DNA from: a virus
Taxonomy: Duplodnaviria > Heunggongvirae > Uroviricota > Caudoviricetes
Length of the DNA: 40,397 nucleotides
Strand: one strand, 5' to 3'
IMG/VR virus record: IMGVR_UViG_2541047757_000012
Positions 27,592 to 36,691 of the stretch are shown in pieces. The number at the start of each line of letters is the position of its first letter. The first letter of the stretch is position 1. Under the pieces are notes generated by a model. That model was not told the origin of the DNA and did not search any database. It was given only the letters and a program-made list of their open reading frames with translations. The position numbers and the translations under genes were made by a program.

Positions 27592-27610
27592 CTCTCCTTT
27601 GATGCGAATG
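27592..27610. repeat. Conserved gene-junction motif, copy 3
   Basis: Same 19-mer (23-nt identity with copy 1 including downstream GCCAG); precedes the ATG at 27587; here it is a leader, not an upstream C-terminus. Confidence 0.8.
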
Positions 27611-27644
27611 CCAGCGGTAATTGAAGCCTGATAGCTAATTTCAC

Positions 27645-28067
27645 TCACAGTACCGCCTCCTGAAAATTACCCTGATAGAAAGCCAGTACACGCTGCATAA
27701 CCTCACTCTTCCGGCACTCGTGACAGATTATGTTCATACTCCTGTCGTAGCGACGTATTTCTCCGTCAGGTAATGACCAGATAAGGTCAGGATCAACCAC
27801 AGATGGTTTCTTCACCTTTGCCCTGGATAGTTTTTTGCGGGCATTTTGCCAGTCCTTACGAGCCTGTTCTGACGGGAATAACCCGTAGCCGGAGTTATAT
27901 ACGTCGCCACTGGCAACCAGCTCTCTGGCGAGAACGCTCATCAGATATCTTGTCGCACCTGTCTTGGCTTCCAGTTGCCGTAACGTCTCACGACCGCTCT
28001 GGCGCACGAGTTCAACCACCTGCCCTTTAATTTTTTCCCGCTCTTCTTGTGTAAATACTTTTGCCAT
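27645..28067 (-). CDS. Hypothetical phage protein
   Basis: ORF with likely start MAKVFTQEE at 28067; contains a CHEC cysteine pair. Confidence 0.45.
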   Translation of the reverse strand: MAKVFTQEEREKIKGQVVELVRQSGRETLRQLEAKTGATRYLMSVLARELVASGDVYNSGYGLFPSEQARKDWQNARKKLSRAKVKKPSVVDPDLIWSLPDGEIRRYDRSMNIICHECRKSEVMQRVLAFYQGNFQEAVL

Positions 28068-28082
28068 AAGCGCCTCCGGCAA

Positions 28083-28832
28083 TCACTTTTCCGATGCAAC
28101 ATGGCGGGAAGAATCAGTAATCTGTCGTACAATATCCCTGTGCTTGTTCAACTCACGCAGCGCGGCGCAGACACGCTCCCACTTCTGGACATGATTTTTC
28201 GCCCGACGCAGTTCGCGGTTTGCCATATGCAGTGATGGTAAAACCAGGTCATCCGCTCGCGTTTCAGTAAACGATGGCAGCGACTGCACAATGTCCGCCA
28301 CAGTTTCTGTTTTAATATCTTCCTGTGTTGCAGCTTCCTGTACTGGTAACGCAACACCTGCGGGCTGAGGAAAGGCCTTACCATCAGTTTCCGCTACCGA
28401 TGCTGCTTTCGGCTCTGCTGGTAAATTATCGCCCGGTATGCAGTAACGAAATTTACCGCCCTGATTTACGCGAATCAGACGACCTTTGCTGATTGCCATT
28501 GCCAGCGTTGAAGCCACTTTGCGTGATGTGGTACCAAACAATGTAGCCAGCTCATCAGCCGTTTGTGGTCCGCGTTGTTCAATCGTCGCGGTTAAATCGC
28601 TCTCCGAAATTTTTGTCACTGTTGCCGTAGTAGTTTCTTCCGGCGCTGGCTGTTCCTGCTGAACGTTGTTATCAGCCACACGCCAGGTGTACGCGCTTTT
28701 ATCAACAAAACCAGCCTTTTTCAGTTCCCATAGTTCGTTCAGCACTTCTTCACGACTGATATCAAGTCGCGCAGCAAGTTCTATGGATGTGGCTTTTCCC
28801 ATTGCTTTCAGTGCGTCAAAAACAGTCTCCAT
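28083..28832 (-). CDS. Putative DNA-binding protein (winged-helix-like)
   Basis: ATG at 28832 ([43 protein letters not shown]...) with GGGAGA SD; a second similar segment mid-protein. Confidence 0.45.
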   Translation of the reverse strand: METVFDALKAMGKATSIELAARLDISREEVLNELWELKKAGFVDKSAYTWRVADNNVQQEQPAPEETTTATVTKISESDLTATIEQRGPQTADELATLFGTTSRKVASTLAMAISKGRLIRVNQGGKFRYCIPGDNLPAEPKAASVAETDGKAFPQPAGVALPVQEAATQEDIKTETVADIVQSLPSFTETRADDLVLPSLHMANRELRRAKNHVQKWERVCAALRELNKHRDIVRQITDSSRHVASEK

Positions 28833-28854
28833 TAAATTTTTCTCCCGGTAAAAA

Positions 28855-29601
28855 TTACTTCGCAATTCCTGGCTGGACGACATTCGGACGCCAGCTCTCC
28901 CAGTTAAAATTCACCCAACGCCCGCCGTTCATGGTCATGCGATCCATAATCCTCTCGCCGAGCAATGGTTTCATGGCCTCATAGTTCAGGTTTGTCAGCA
29001 TCCCCACGCTGCGCATCGACGCTGTCCGGCGATCAACAATCTGATGCAGCACCACCTGCTCGTTTTTTGTCTCGCGCTGAATGCCAATTTCATCAAGAAC
29101 CAGCAGATCCACTTCGCACAGTTCCCGCAAAAATTTTTCGCCTGATTGCCCGTCGTCATAGCTGGCGTGTAGAGCACTCATAACATCAGCCACGGTAACC
29201 ACAATCACTGTCTGACCATCTTTCAGCAGGCGATTCCCGATAGCCGCCGCCAGATGGTTTTTTCCGGTACCAGGTTTTCCGCTGAACGCAAAATTTGTAC
29301 ACCCGGTCATCAGTTCATCAGCGATAGATTTCGCCTGACTCAACGCGTATCGCTGGCCGTCGTTCTGCACCTGGTAATTCGCAAACGAGCATTTACGGTG
29401 CAACGGCTGGATGCCTGAGCGATTCAGAATTTTTTCCACCCGCAACTGGCGATTCAGGCGGTTGATCTCCTCGCTACGTTTCTGGCCTTCAGCAAGTTGC
29501 CACTCGCGCCACTCCGAAACCGTTCTGAATGGGGCGGTTACATGTGGTGGGGTCAGTCTGCGGATACGCTCCAGAACGCCTCCTGTCGCAATATTTTTCA
29601 T
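28855..29601 (-). CDS. DnaC-like replicative helicase loader (IstB-like ATPase)
   Basis: Walker [12 protein letters not shown] and Walker [10 protein letters not shown]; directly downstream of the replication initiation gene. Confidence 0.85.
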   Translation of the reverse strand: MKNIATGGVLERIRRLTPPHVTAPFRTVSEWREWQLAEGQKRSEEINRLNRQLRVEKILNRSGIQPLHRKCSFANYQVQNDGQRYALSQAKSIADELMTGCTNFAFSGKPGTGKNHLAAAIGNRLLKDGQTVIVVTVADVMSALHASYDDGQSGEKFLRELCEVDLLVLDEIGIQRETKNEQVVLHQIVDRRTASMRSVGMLTNLNYEAMKPLLGERIMDRMTMNGGRWVNFNWESWRPNVVQPGIAK

Positions 29602-29607
29602 GGTCTG

Positions 29608-30396
29608 TTACCCCCTGAAGCCTGGCGGGATCGCACTATCCGGTAACGAAACGGTGTTAACCTGTCGGAGTAACGTCTCAGGTCGAACACCTTTCGGCGC
29701 GAACAAGCCCTGGTATTCATTGGCGATGCTGTGTCGAATCACCTGCTCAGGTGAAAAACCCTGCTGGCGGAATTTTTCCAGCTCCCGTATCGCCCCGTTA
29801 GCGCCCTGCTCCGTTCGAATCGGTTTTCGCAATGCCTGCCTGAACTGAACCCACTCATGCCAGAGTGTTTCCGGCAACCAGTCAGGCAGCTCGATAGCCT
29901 CCGGCTCGAATTTTTTAGACGCTCGTTTTTGGCGAGGGGGATTTAGGGGGAGATCAGTATTTATATCTTCCTCTTCCTCTTCCTCTGGTAACGCTTTTTG
30001 ATCCGTTTGTGTAACGCTGGCAGCGTTACCTTTTCGTTTCAGTTCGCGTATTTTTGTTACTCGCTCGTTTGTAACCGCCCGTTTTTTAGAGCTTTTCCCG
30101 TTATGACGTTCAAAGTTAGGTAGAGAAAGCCCACCGTCATTTTCGATCAGCCATCCAACCTGAATTAACGCATCAGCAAAACCAGCCATAAAAGTGATGC
30201 GATCTATTGCACTTTTTGTAACGCCGCGAGCGTTACAATCTGCATTACCGTCTATCATTTGTTGATCCGCCCATGCCCAGAAGCGAATAACCTTCCCTAA
30301 TGCGGCATCTGGATCAATATTCAGAATCTCAGCAAGCCTGAATATTTCCGGCTTATCCGGCGTAATAACCTCGAGCTTTATCCAGTTTGAAGCCAT
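29608..30396 (-). CDS. Replication initiation protein, YdaU-like
   Basis: 262-aa ORF upstream of the DnaC-like gene; acidic EEEEEED linker; position fits a Rac-type replication module. Confidence 0.55.
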   Translation of the reverse strand: MASNWIKLEVITPDKPEIFRLAEILNIDPDAALGKVIRFWAWADQQMIDGNADCNARGVTKSAIDRITFMAGFADALIQVGWLIENDGGLSLPNFERHNGKSSKKRAVTNERVTKIRELKRKGNAASVTQTDQKALPEEEEEEDINTDLPLNPPRQKRASKKFEPEAIELPDWLPETLWHEWVQFRQALRKPIRTEQGANGAIRELEKFRQQGFSPEQVIRHSIANEYQGLFAPKGVRPETLLRQVNTVSLPDSAIPPGFRG

Positions 30397-30473
30397 TTGT
30401 TTTCACCTTGTAACGCTCGCAGCGTTACATTTAACTGATACCGAACAAAACAATCCGGCACGATCAATTTCAA

Positions 30474-30896
30474 TCAATGCACTACGACAGAATCGCCGGG
30501 CGACCCACCACCGCTGAAATGTGCTTTCCGGTAAACGGCCTGGACTGCATCATCATGCGCATCAATTGCCGTACTCAACGCTTCCTGCGCCGCCAGTAAT
30601 GCACGGCGTTCCAGGGTATCGAAGATGCAGAGTCGGTGACGCAGCTCGCGCGGAAGAATTGCCAGAACCGCAGGGATCAGTTTCTGAATTTTTTCCCTTT
30701 GCGCTTTCGTTTCACCTTTCAACCAACGGTGATAGATATTCTGCTGATTGTTCCAGTCCTTGCCTGGTACAAGGGGCAATTCGCCGCCCCCCTGGCGCAG
30801 ATATTCTTCAGTAATTGCGTTAGCGACCCACGCCTGCCCTTTTTCGGCTGCCAGGGCTAACAACACTGATTCGATGTGCTCATGCCTGATTTTCAT
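30474..30896 (-). CDS. YdaT-like protein
   Basis: 140 aa, MKIRHEHI... to ...VVVH; size and position between the Cro-like and replication genes as in Rac. Confidence 0.45.
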   Translation of the reverse strand: MKIRHEHIESVLLALAAEKGQAWVANAITEEYLRQGGGELPLVPGKDWNNQQNIYHRWLKGETKAQREKIQKLIPAVLAILPRELRHRLCIFDTLERRALLAAQEALSTAIDAHDDAVQAVYRKAHFSGGGSPGDSVVVH

Positions 30897-31135
30897 GAAT
30901 CAACCGCTCCTATGCTGTTTTCGCTATGCTTACCGTCTGGGGGGAATACATCGTCAAGTCCACAATGAGCGCCAAGCCGATTAAGGGTAGAAACAATTTT
31001 TCTGCACTCCTCTAGTCCAGGGGTACGAAAATTTGCTTCGTAATTTGCCAGTCGGCTTTGTATCCACCCTAACTGAACAGCAAGTTGTCTTTGAGACAGC
31101 CCAAGCTGTTTTCGATATGTTGAAATTTTGTTCAT
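30893..31135 (-). CDS. Cro-like HTH regulator (XRE family)
   Basis: 80 aa with HTH LGLSQRQLAVQLGWIQSRLANYE; GGAGG SD; divergent from the repressor across an operator-rich region. Confidence 0.65.
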   Translation of the reverse strand: MNKISTYRKQLGLSQRQLAVQLGWIQSRLANYEANFRTPGLEECRKIVSTLNRLGAHCGLDDVFPPDGKHSENSIGAVDS

Positions 31136-31231
31136 TGAAAACCTCCGATGACAATTTTAAACACACCTTGTGTTATATGGTCAAGCTGTTTTGTGTTTTA
31201 TGTAAATCACGATTCGTGATACAAGGATGCA
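31136..31231. promoter_or_regulatory. Divergent promoter/operator region between cro-like and repressor genes
   Basis: Palindromes AACACAccTTGTGTT (31160-31174) and ATCACGAtTCGTGAT (31206-31220) plus a further TGTGTT half-site. Confidence 0.5.
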
Positions 31232-31651
31232 ATGGAAAAAGAAAACGAAAAAATTGCCGCTAGTAGGCTCAATGACAAAATTGCAATGCGTCTTAAAGAG
31301 CGCAGGCAGAAGCTTGGTTTATCTCAAGGAAAACTTGCTGAAATCTGCGGATGGACGCAATCGCGTATAGGTAACTATGAGGCGGGCAGCAGAAATGTTG
31401 GAGTGCATGACGCTGTCGTATTGGGAAAGGCACTTGGCATATCTCCTCCTGAGCTCCTATTTGGAGAACAGGAATCTTCTGAATTGTGGTTAAATGAATC
31501 CCAACGAAAACTTCTTGAGTTGTTTAACCAGCTACCTGGCTCAGAACAACAACGAATGATTGAGCTATTTGAAGTCCGGCTAAAAGAAATCGATGAGTAT
31601 GTAGAAAAATATTTGAGAGGCAGGCTTAAAGATAATCCCCCACCGGAGTAA
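31232..31651 (+). CDS. Prophage repressor (XRE-family HTH, no obvious S24 peptidase domain)
   Basis: 139 aa with HTH LGLSQGKLAEICGWTQSRIGNYE; divergent to the cro-like gene; terminator follows. Confidence 0.65.
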   Translation: MEKENEKIAASRLNDKIAMRLKERRQKLGLSQGKLAEICGWTQSRIGNYEAGSRNVGVHDAVVLGKALGISPPELLFGEQESSELWLNESQRKLLELFNQLPGSEQQRMIELFEVRLKEIDEYVEKYLRGRLKDNPPPE

Positions 31652-31681
31652 TGATCTTGCTATCACAGTAATATGCCAATC

Positions 31682-31706
31682 AGCCCGCTATCAGCGGGCT
31701 TTTTTG
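31682..31706 (+). terminator. Intrinsic terminator after the repressor gene
   Basis: Stem AGCCCGC/GCGGGCT with 5-nt loop followed by TTTTT. Confidence 0.55.
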
Positions 31707-31734
31707 TACCATCATCATATGACACTCACCACAA

Positions 31735-31776
31735 AACACATTTCGTGTTGACATAAGAAAACGCATTGTGTTTAAT
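31735..31776 (+). promoter_or_regulatory. pL-like early-left promoter with overlapping operator half-sites
   Basis: Perfect -35 TTGACA (31748-31753), 17-nt spacer, -10 TTTAAT (31771-31776); palindrome AACACAtttcGTGTT overlaps the -35 and a TGTGTT half-site overlaps the -10. Confidence 0.5.
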
Positions 31777-31950
31777 AAGCATATCCAAACAACGCCCCAC
31801 CAGAGAACGGCTGGACAATACCTCGAGTTATCCAGCCACTGAACAGGGCTAAGTAGCCAGCCTGAGGCATACGAACATGACGGCAGTTGTTGATTGATAC
31901 AAAGCGCAGTAGATAAAACGTTCCGCCACCCGGCGTTAAGGGGAAAAAAG

Positions 31951-32169
31951 ATGGTTGGTGAAGATCTGGTTGTTATTAACGGTCAATTGTGCAGCAAAGA
32001 TGTGGCAGCCATGCTTATTAGCAAGGTTCTTCCAACTGTGCTGGAGGTCATTGCAGAAAAAGTAAAGGCTGGTCGTCCAGACAAGGAAGTTGAAGAGGCG
32101 GCAAAAACAGTTGTTCATGCCGCTACAGAAGCAATTATTTTGAAGAGCCTAGTTTCGCCCAAGCCTTAA
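31951..32169 (+). CDS. Hypothetical small protein, first gene of the early-left operon
   Basis: ATG at 31951 preceded by AAGGGGAAAAAAG; 72 aa. Confidence 0.45.
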   Translation: MVGEDLVVINGQLCSKDVAAMLISKVLPTVLEVIAEKVKAGRPDKEVEEAAKTVVHAATEAIILKSLVSPKP

Positions 32170-32329
32170 GTGAATCGGCGCTTTTTTTAGCATCACGTTC
32201 ATTGAGTAGTGACAAAAACTCATTCTCAGCATTCTCGATTTCCGAGAAAAATTCTTGATGAGTTGTTTCTCGCTGCGATCTGATGCTGAAAGCTAAAGCA
32301 AGTAGCCAGGCTTTGTCTTTATTATCCAT
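32135..32329 (-). CDS. Hypothetical small protein (convergent)
   Basis: 64-aa ORF with ATG at 32329; overlaps the 3' end of the plus-strand gene; no strong SD. Confidence 0.25.
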   Translation of the reverse strand: MDNKDKAWLLALAFSIRSQRETTHQEFFSEIENAENEFLSLLNERDAKKSADSLKAWAKLGSSK

Positions 32330-32724
32330 CTGAATACCTTATTACTGGTTGTGTGAGAACTCCAGTATACCACCGAGCCTGAAGTGGTAAAAAGACAGGC
32401 GCACAACACGAAGGCGCATTTCCGGTATTCATAAAGAGTCGGTCTTGTCTGTTAAATTTAAATGGTGGGAGTGCGCCTCCGGTTGTAAATAACGACATTG
32501 CTATGTGTAGTCTTTGGCGGCATCAGTTCTACTCCGTGGCTGCCCTGCCGCCCCTTTTTAAAGTGAATTTTGTGATGCGGTGAATGCGGCTAAGCGCACG
32601 CGGCACAGTTAAAAGCATCAGTGTTATGGGTGGATTATCCGGCGTTAATTGTTAACTGGTTAACGTCACCTGGAGGCACCAGGCACCGCATCGACAAAAT
32701 TCATTTGTAAAAATGGAGATAATT

Positions 32725-32946
32725 ATGATTGCTCATCACTTCGGAACTGATGAAATACCACGTCAGTGTGTGACCCCTGGCGATTATGTTCTTCATGAAG
32801 GTCGGACATATATCGCCTCGGCAAACAATATTAAAAAGCGAAAACTTTATATTCGTAGCCTGACTACAAAAACATGCATTTCTGACTGCATGATTAGAGT
32901 CTTCCTCGGTCGTGATGGTTTACCTGTAAAGGCGGAGTCATGGTAA
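32725..32946 (+). CDS. Hypothetical protein
   Basis: ORF with GGAG upstream of ATG at 32725 (track start 32713). Confidence 0.4.
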   Translation: MIAHHFGTDEIPRQCVTPGDYVLHEGRTYIASANNIKKRKLYIRSLTTKTCISDCMIRVFLGRDGLPVKAESW

Positions 32947-33116
32947 TGACTAAGAAAATAAAATGTGCTTATCACCTTTGCAATAAAGAAATTGAAGAAA
33001 GCAAAATCATTACAAGACCACTTCATTTCATGCGTGGAGTTATACCAACGACGGAAATGAAAAAATATTGTAGTGAAATCTGTGCCGAAAAAGACCAGAT
33101 GGCACACGAACTTTAA
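32946..33116 (+). CDS. Hypothetical zinc-ribbon-like small protein, 56 aa (absent from ORF track)
   Basis: ATG overlaps the upstream TAA; translation [56 protein letters not shown] with two Cys pairs. Confidence 0.3.
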   Translation: MTKKIKCAYHLCNKEIEESKIITRPLHFMRGVIPTTEMKKYCSEICAEKDQMAHEL

Positions 33117-33190
33117 TTAACTGACTATCCGAAACTGAATTTATGCCAGCAATGGCAGGGATTCGCTCAACCTTAATTAAGGAGAAAAAC

Positions 33191-33466
33191 ATGATTACCA
33201 GTTATGAAGCCACTGTTGTTACTACTGATGACATTGTTCACGAAGTTACCCTGGAAGGAAAGCGTATTGGCTACGTGATTAAGACAGAAAATAAAGAAAC
33301 CCCATTCACTGTGGTTGATATCGACGGTCCATCAGGCAACGTTAAAACACTTAACGATGGTGTTAAAAAAATGTGTCTGGTGCACATAGGAAAGAATCTG
33401 CCCGCAGAAAAAAAAGCCGAATTTCTGGCAACTCTGATTGCAATGAAATTAAAAGGTGAAATCTGA
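33191..33466 (+). CDS. Hypothetical protein
   Basis: ATG at 33191 preceded by AAGGAGAAAAAC; 91 aa. Confidence 0.45.
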   Translation: MITSYEATVVTTDDIVHEVTLEGKRIGYVIKTENKETPFTVVDIDGPSGNVKTLNDGVKKMCLVHIGKNLPAEKKAEFLATLIAMKLKGEI

Positions 33467-33565
33467 AAAAAAGAAAGCCTGCACACTGTGCAGGCCTGAG
33501 TGAAGAACCTGGGACATTTATTCATCACTCGCATTAATTTTAATCTGAGTTGAGGTTAAAAAACA

Positions 33566-36500
33566 ATGAGCACCGATAAACAAGTTTACCCACTGTATTA
33601 CGAAGCAAAAAATGACAAAGTAAGAAAACGTCTCGGTATTAAAGGCGGTTTCTACTGGGCTGAAGCGAAAAAATTATCCATTGCCATCTCCCGTGGTGCT
33701 GTTGCGATTGACGATGCTGGCTACGATGAAGATGACTTTAAAAAACCTGTTCGCGTCAATTTGCCCGTTGTTGATGACCTTCCACCAGAAGGCGTATTTG
33801 ATACGGAATTCTGCAACCGTTACGAAAAAGGCGGGGAAGATGGCATCACAATGGTATTTATCGCGCCCTCATCCTCTGCGCAGGACAAACCAGCCAGCAC
33901 TGACAATACCAATGTTAATGGCGAAGACATGACGGAGATTGAGGAGAATATGCTACTCCCGATTTCCGGTCAGGAGCTGCCCATTCGCTGGCTTGCTCAA
34001 CACGGCAGCGAAAAACCGGTAACGCACGTTTCACGCGACGAACTACAGGCATTACACATTGCACGAGCTGAAGAACTACCAGCAGTTACTGCCCTGGCTA
34101 TTTCGCACAAAACCAGCCTGCTCGACCCACTGGAACTTCGCGACCTCCACAAACTGGTTCGCGACACTGACAAAGTTTTCCCTAATCCCGTTAATTCCAG
34201 TCTGGGATTAATGACTGCTTTTTTCGAAGCATACCTGGACGCTGACTACACCGATCGCGGCCTGCTGACAAAAGAGTGGATGAAAGGAAATCGTGTTTCA
34301 CGCATCACCCGCACGGCTTCCGGTGCTAATGCTGGCGGTGGGAACAAAACCGATCGCAATCCGAATTTAGTACACACCCTCGACACACTGGATGTGGAGA
34401 TTGCAGCAGCCACACTTCCGATGGATTTTAATATTTATGAAATTCCGGGCAGCGTTTATCGTCGCGCAAAAGAAGTAGTCCTGAACAAAGAAAGTCCGTT
34501 CAAAGAATGGTCCGCAGCACTTCGTGCAACCCCGGGTATTCTGGACTATTCCCGCGCCGCTATTTTTGCACTTATCCGAAGCGCACACCCTGAATTTTAT
34601 CACTACCCGGGACGCCTTCAGGGGTATATCAACGCCTATTTGACGGAAACTGATCACGAGAACCCCAGCAAGGAAACTCTCACAGCTGCCCGGCATACGC
34701 CGGAAAAAGATATCCTGGAAGAAATTAACCGCGAGGTGGTTACTGAGCGTGAAACAGAAGAAGAAAAACCACAACCATCTGACGCAATGGCAGGTGAACA
34801 GGCAACAACTGAAACAATGGAACCGGATACAACTGAACATGGCCAGAACGCGCAGTCGCTGGATGCTCAGTCGCAGGTGAGTTCCGCTAACCAAGTAAAA
34901 GTCACCGCTGACGAAGTAAACAAAATTATGCAGGCAGCCAATATCAGCCAGCCTGACGCCGATAAGTTACTTGCTGTATCGCGTGGTGAATTTGTTGAGG
35001 GGATTAGCGACCCTAATGATCCGAAATGGGTCAAGGGGATCCAGACTCGCGATTCTGTGAACCAGAACCAGCATGAATCGGAACGGAACGACCAAAAAGC
35101 GGAACAAAACAGCCCAAATGCGCGACAAAATGAACCAGAAGCGCAACAGGAACCGGAAAAAGTCTGCGCCGCCTGCGGTCAGACTGACGGGGATAACTGC
35201 CCTGACTGTGGTGCGGTAATGGGCGACGCAACATACCAGGAAACATTCGATGAAGAGAATCAGGTTGAAGCTAAGGAAAATGATCCGGAGGAAATGGAAG
35301 GCGCTGAACATCCGCACAAGGAGAACGCTGGCAACCATCCGCATCACGATTACAGTGATGAAACTGGTGAAGCGTCAGCTCCTGTAGCAACTGAAATCAT
35401 GTGGCCGTCATATTTCGAGCCAGGCCGCTATGAAAACCTCCCGAACGAGGTTTATCACTCCGCCAACGGAATAAGCAGCACGATGCTGAAGGATGCCCGT
35501 ATCAGCCTGATGTATTACCACGGGCGGCACATTGCCGGAACTATTCCGAACGAGGAAAGTGATGCACTGCTGCGTGGGCGGATCATTCACAGTTATGTTC
35601 TGGAAACGGATAAATTCGCTGATGAATATGTCATTCCGGTACCGGTTCCTGAATATGTGGTTACTACTTCTAACGAACTGATCGCCATCATTAAAAAACA
35701 CAATGCCAGTCTGCCAGCACTGATGACACCAGAGCAGATGAAAGAGTGGATCGAAAGCTACAACAGCACTCTTATACAGCCACTGTCTGTAAGTGCTGGG
35801 GGCGAAGAAACAGGCATCCTTTACGGTTCGCTTCCGGTGGAATTTCGGCGTATTCCTGAGGGGGAAAAACATACAGCATCAGCAATGAAAGCCTGTATTA
35901 AAGAATACAACGCAAGCCTCCCTCCTCTGTTGAAAACCAGTGGAGCACGGGAGCAGCTTCTGGATCAAATTGAAACTGTAGACCCAGAACTGGCAAAAAA
36001 AGAACGTGCTAAATCTTTGCCTTACAACATCAGTGGCACAAAAGAGCAATTAACCGAAATCGCACGGAAAATTCGCCCGGAACTGGTGACACTGGAGGAC
36101 TGGCAAAAACGCCAGCAAGAAGAAAACGCCGGGAAAACGTTTATCAGTCTGGATATGTATGAACAGGCAAAAAATATTCACGCGGCACTGCAAAACAATA
36201 CCGATGCAGCAAGGCTACTCAACCACCCGGATCGCAAATCTGAAATCAGCTATTTCGGGTTTGATGAAGAAACCGGGCTGGAAATCAGGGTCCGTCCTGA
36301 TATCGAAATCCGGCTGCCATACGAAAGCATTTGCGCTGACGTGAAGTCAGTCAGCCTCGGTTATGTGCGGCAGGAACGACTTAAAGATCGCCTGCACCGT
36401 GAAATTATTGAGCGTGATTATCACCTCAGCGCCGCAATGTATTGCGATGTGGCAAACCTGGACAAATTTTTCTGGATCTTCGTCAACAAAGATGCTGGCT

Positions 36501-36691
36501 ATCACTGGGTGGCTGTCGTGGAAGCCTCGCAGGAACTCCTGGAACTTGGTCGACAGGAGTATCGCCGGACGCTACGCCAGATAAACGAAGCCCTAGAGAC
36601 AAACAACTGGCCAGCACCGATTACCGAAAGTTATACCGACGAATTAAACGACTTTGATCTTCGTCGTCTTGAAGCACTGCATCTGGCTTAA
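33566..36691 (+). CDS. RecE-like exonuclease with long N-terminal extension
   Basis: 1041 aa; C-terminal third has PD-(D/E)xK-like features (...RVRPDIEIRLPYESICADVKSV...); followed by a coupled annealing-protein gene; internal Cys4 cluster CAACGQTDGDNCPDCG and acidic low-complexity region. Confidence 0.55.
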   Translation: MSTDKQVYPLYYEAKNDKVRKRLGIKGGFYWAEAKKLSIAISRGAVAIDDAGYDEDDFKKPVRVNLPVVDDLPPEGVFDTEFCNRYEKGGEDGITMVFIAPSSSAQDKPASTDNTNVNGEDMTEIEENMLLPISGQELPIRWLAQHGSEKPVTHVSRDELQALHIARAEELPAVTALAISHKTSLLDPLELRDLHKLVRDTDKVFPNPVNSSLGLMTAFFEAYLDADYTDRGLLTKEWMKGNRVSRITRTASGANAGGGNKTDRNPNLVHTLDTLDVEIAAATLPMDFNIYEIPGSVYRRAKEVVLNKESPFKEWSAALRATPGILDYSRAAIFALIRSAHPEFYHYPGRLQGYINAYLTETDHENPSKETLTAARHTPEKDILEEINREVVTERETEEEKPQPSDAMAGEQATTETMEPDTTEHGQNAQSLDAQSQVSSANQVKVTADEVNKIMQAANISQPDADKLLAVSRGEFVEGISDPNDPKWVKGIQTRDSVNQNQHESERNDQKAEQNSPNARQNEPEAQQEPEKVCAACGQTDGDNCPDCGAVMGDATYQETFDEENQVEAKENDPEEMEGAEHPHKENAGNHPHHDYSDETGEASAPVATEIMWPSYFEPGRYENLPNEVYHSANGISSTMLKDARISLMYYHGRHIAGTIPNEESDALLRGRIIHSYVLETDKFADEYVIPVPVPEYVVTTSNELIAIIKKHNASLPALMTPEQMKEWIESYNSTLIQPLSVSAGGEETGILYGSLPVEFRRIPEGEKHTASAMKACIKEYNASLPPLLKTSGAREQLLDQIETVDPELAKKERAKSLPYNISGTKEQLTEIARKIRPELVTLEDWQKRQQEENAGKTFISLDMYEQAKNIHAALQNNTDAARLLNHPDRKSEISYFGFDEETGLEIRVRPDIEIRLPYESICADVKSVSLGYVRQERLKDRLHREIIERDYHLSAAMYCDVANLDKFFWIFVNKDAGYHWVAVVEASQELLELGRQEYRRTLRQINEALETNNWPAPITESYTDELNDFDLRRLEALHLA

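Noticed and set aside
34367-35872. Minus-strand ORFs (175, 126, 154 aa) inside the RecE-like gene
   Set aside because: Entirely antisense within a long, well-supported coding region; low-complexity translations typical of shadow ORFs.
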